From: Mobula hypostoma
Lineage: Eukaryota
DNA: 64,000 nt
Reading direction: 5' to 3'
NCBI RefSeq assembly: GCF_963921235.1
Contig: NC_086109.1
Coordinates: 34,226,001 to 34,290,000 of the forward strand
Part shown: positions 63,575 to 64,000 of the stretch, one piece after another
Layout of the letters: the number at the start of each line of letters is the position of its first letter
Position numbering within the stretch: the stretch's first letter is position 1
Notes under the pieces: model-generated
Told to the model about the DNA's origin: nothing
Database searches by the model: none
What the model saw: only the letters and a program-made list of their open reading frames with translations
Made by a program: the position numbers and the translations under genes

Positions 63575-64000
63575 AAAGTGAGTCCAAAAGTTGTGGTAAA
63601 ATAATTTCCTTCAGAGTCGTAACTATGTTTTCTTGAATCAGAATGCTTACATAAAAACATGTAATGAGGAAGAACTTAGAGGAAGTTCCTTCCATCTTGA
63701 TGAAGCACACAACAGTAATGTGACAGTTTTTTATAACAAAGTTGTTTACATATCATTTTGCTAAGGGTATTGTTTGGGCTTACTCAGAAAAAGCAATGAT
63801 CTTTTCTTCAAGGAATTAAGACTGTGTTGAAGGTATACATTTCCAGGTAAAAATTCCAGTTAAATGACTGTAAACAGTTAGCTTGCAGTGAATACATAAC
63901 AGGGTAGCTTAATATCACAATAGAACACAGGGGAACAGGATCACGAGTGTTTCTACTGAAATTAAAGCATGCAGTACTTGTTGTGCAGGTTTGCATGATT
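63575..64000 (-). pseudogene. Paralogous copy of the putative decayed exon at 55600-56030
   Basis: NTRDPVPLCSI.ILS.PV.YSLQA..QSFNWNF and VVCFIK.EGTSSKF are shared with the first copy. Confidence 0.35.

Overview
Eukaryotic, repeat-saturated vertebrate DNA. The repeat make-up (CR1 LINEs with CATAGAAA/CATAAGAC-type tails, Penelope pLTR fragments, Rex1, Tc1, hAT) suggests a cartilaginous fish such as a ray or shark; this is an inference. No intact host protein-coding gene, rRNA, tRNA gene or CRISPR array is evident. Most of the window is nested transposon debris: young and old CR1, a Vingi/Ingi-like LINE, Rex1/Babar, R4/Dong-like RLE elements, Gypsy and BEL/Pao LTR relics, Tc1, a non-autonomous hAT, and tRNA-derived SINEs. 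The most striking object is a ~4.4 kb Penelope-like (RT + GIY-YIG) palindrome at 49854-54233. It is bounded by a 17-bp direct repeat, has a fold-back micro-hairpin at its centre, and carries a minimal type I hammerhead ribozyme near each outer end. A 96-bp TSD-flanked hammerhead-only insertion and further decayed copies occur elsewhere. The unique DNA between the repeats holds several minus-strand, splice-site-bounded, stop-ridden segments with Ig-domain-like motifs, plus a local tandem duplication. These may be the remains of an Ig-superfamily gene or gene cluster (low confidence). All alignments and difference counts were done by eye.
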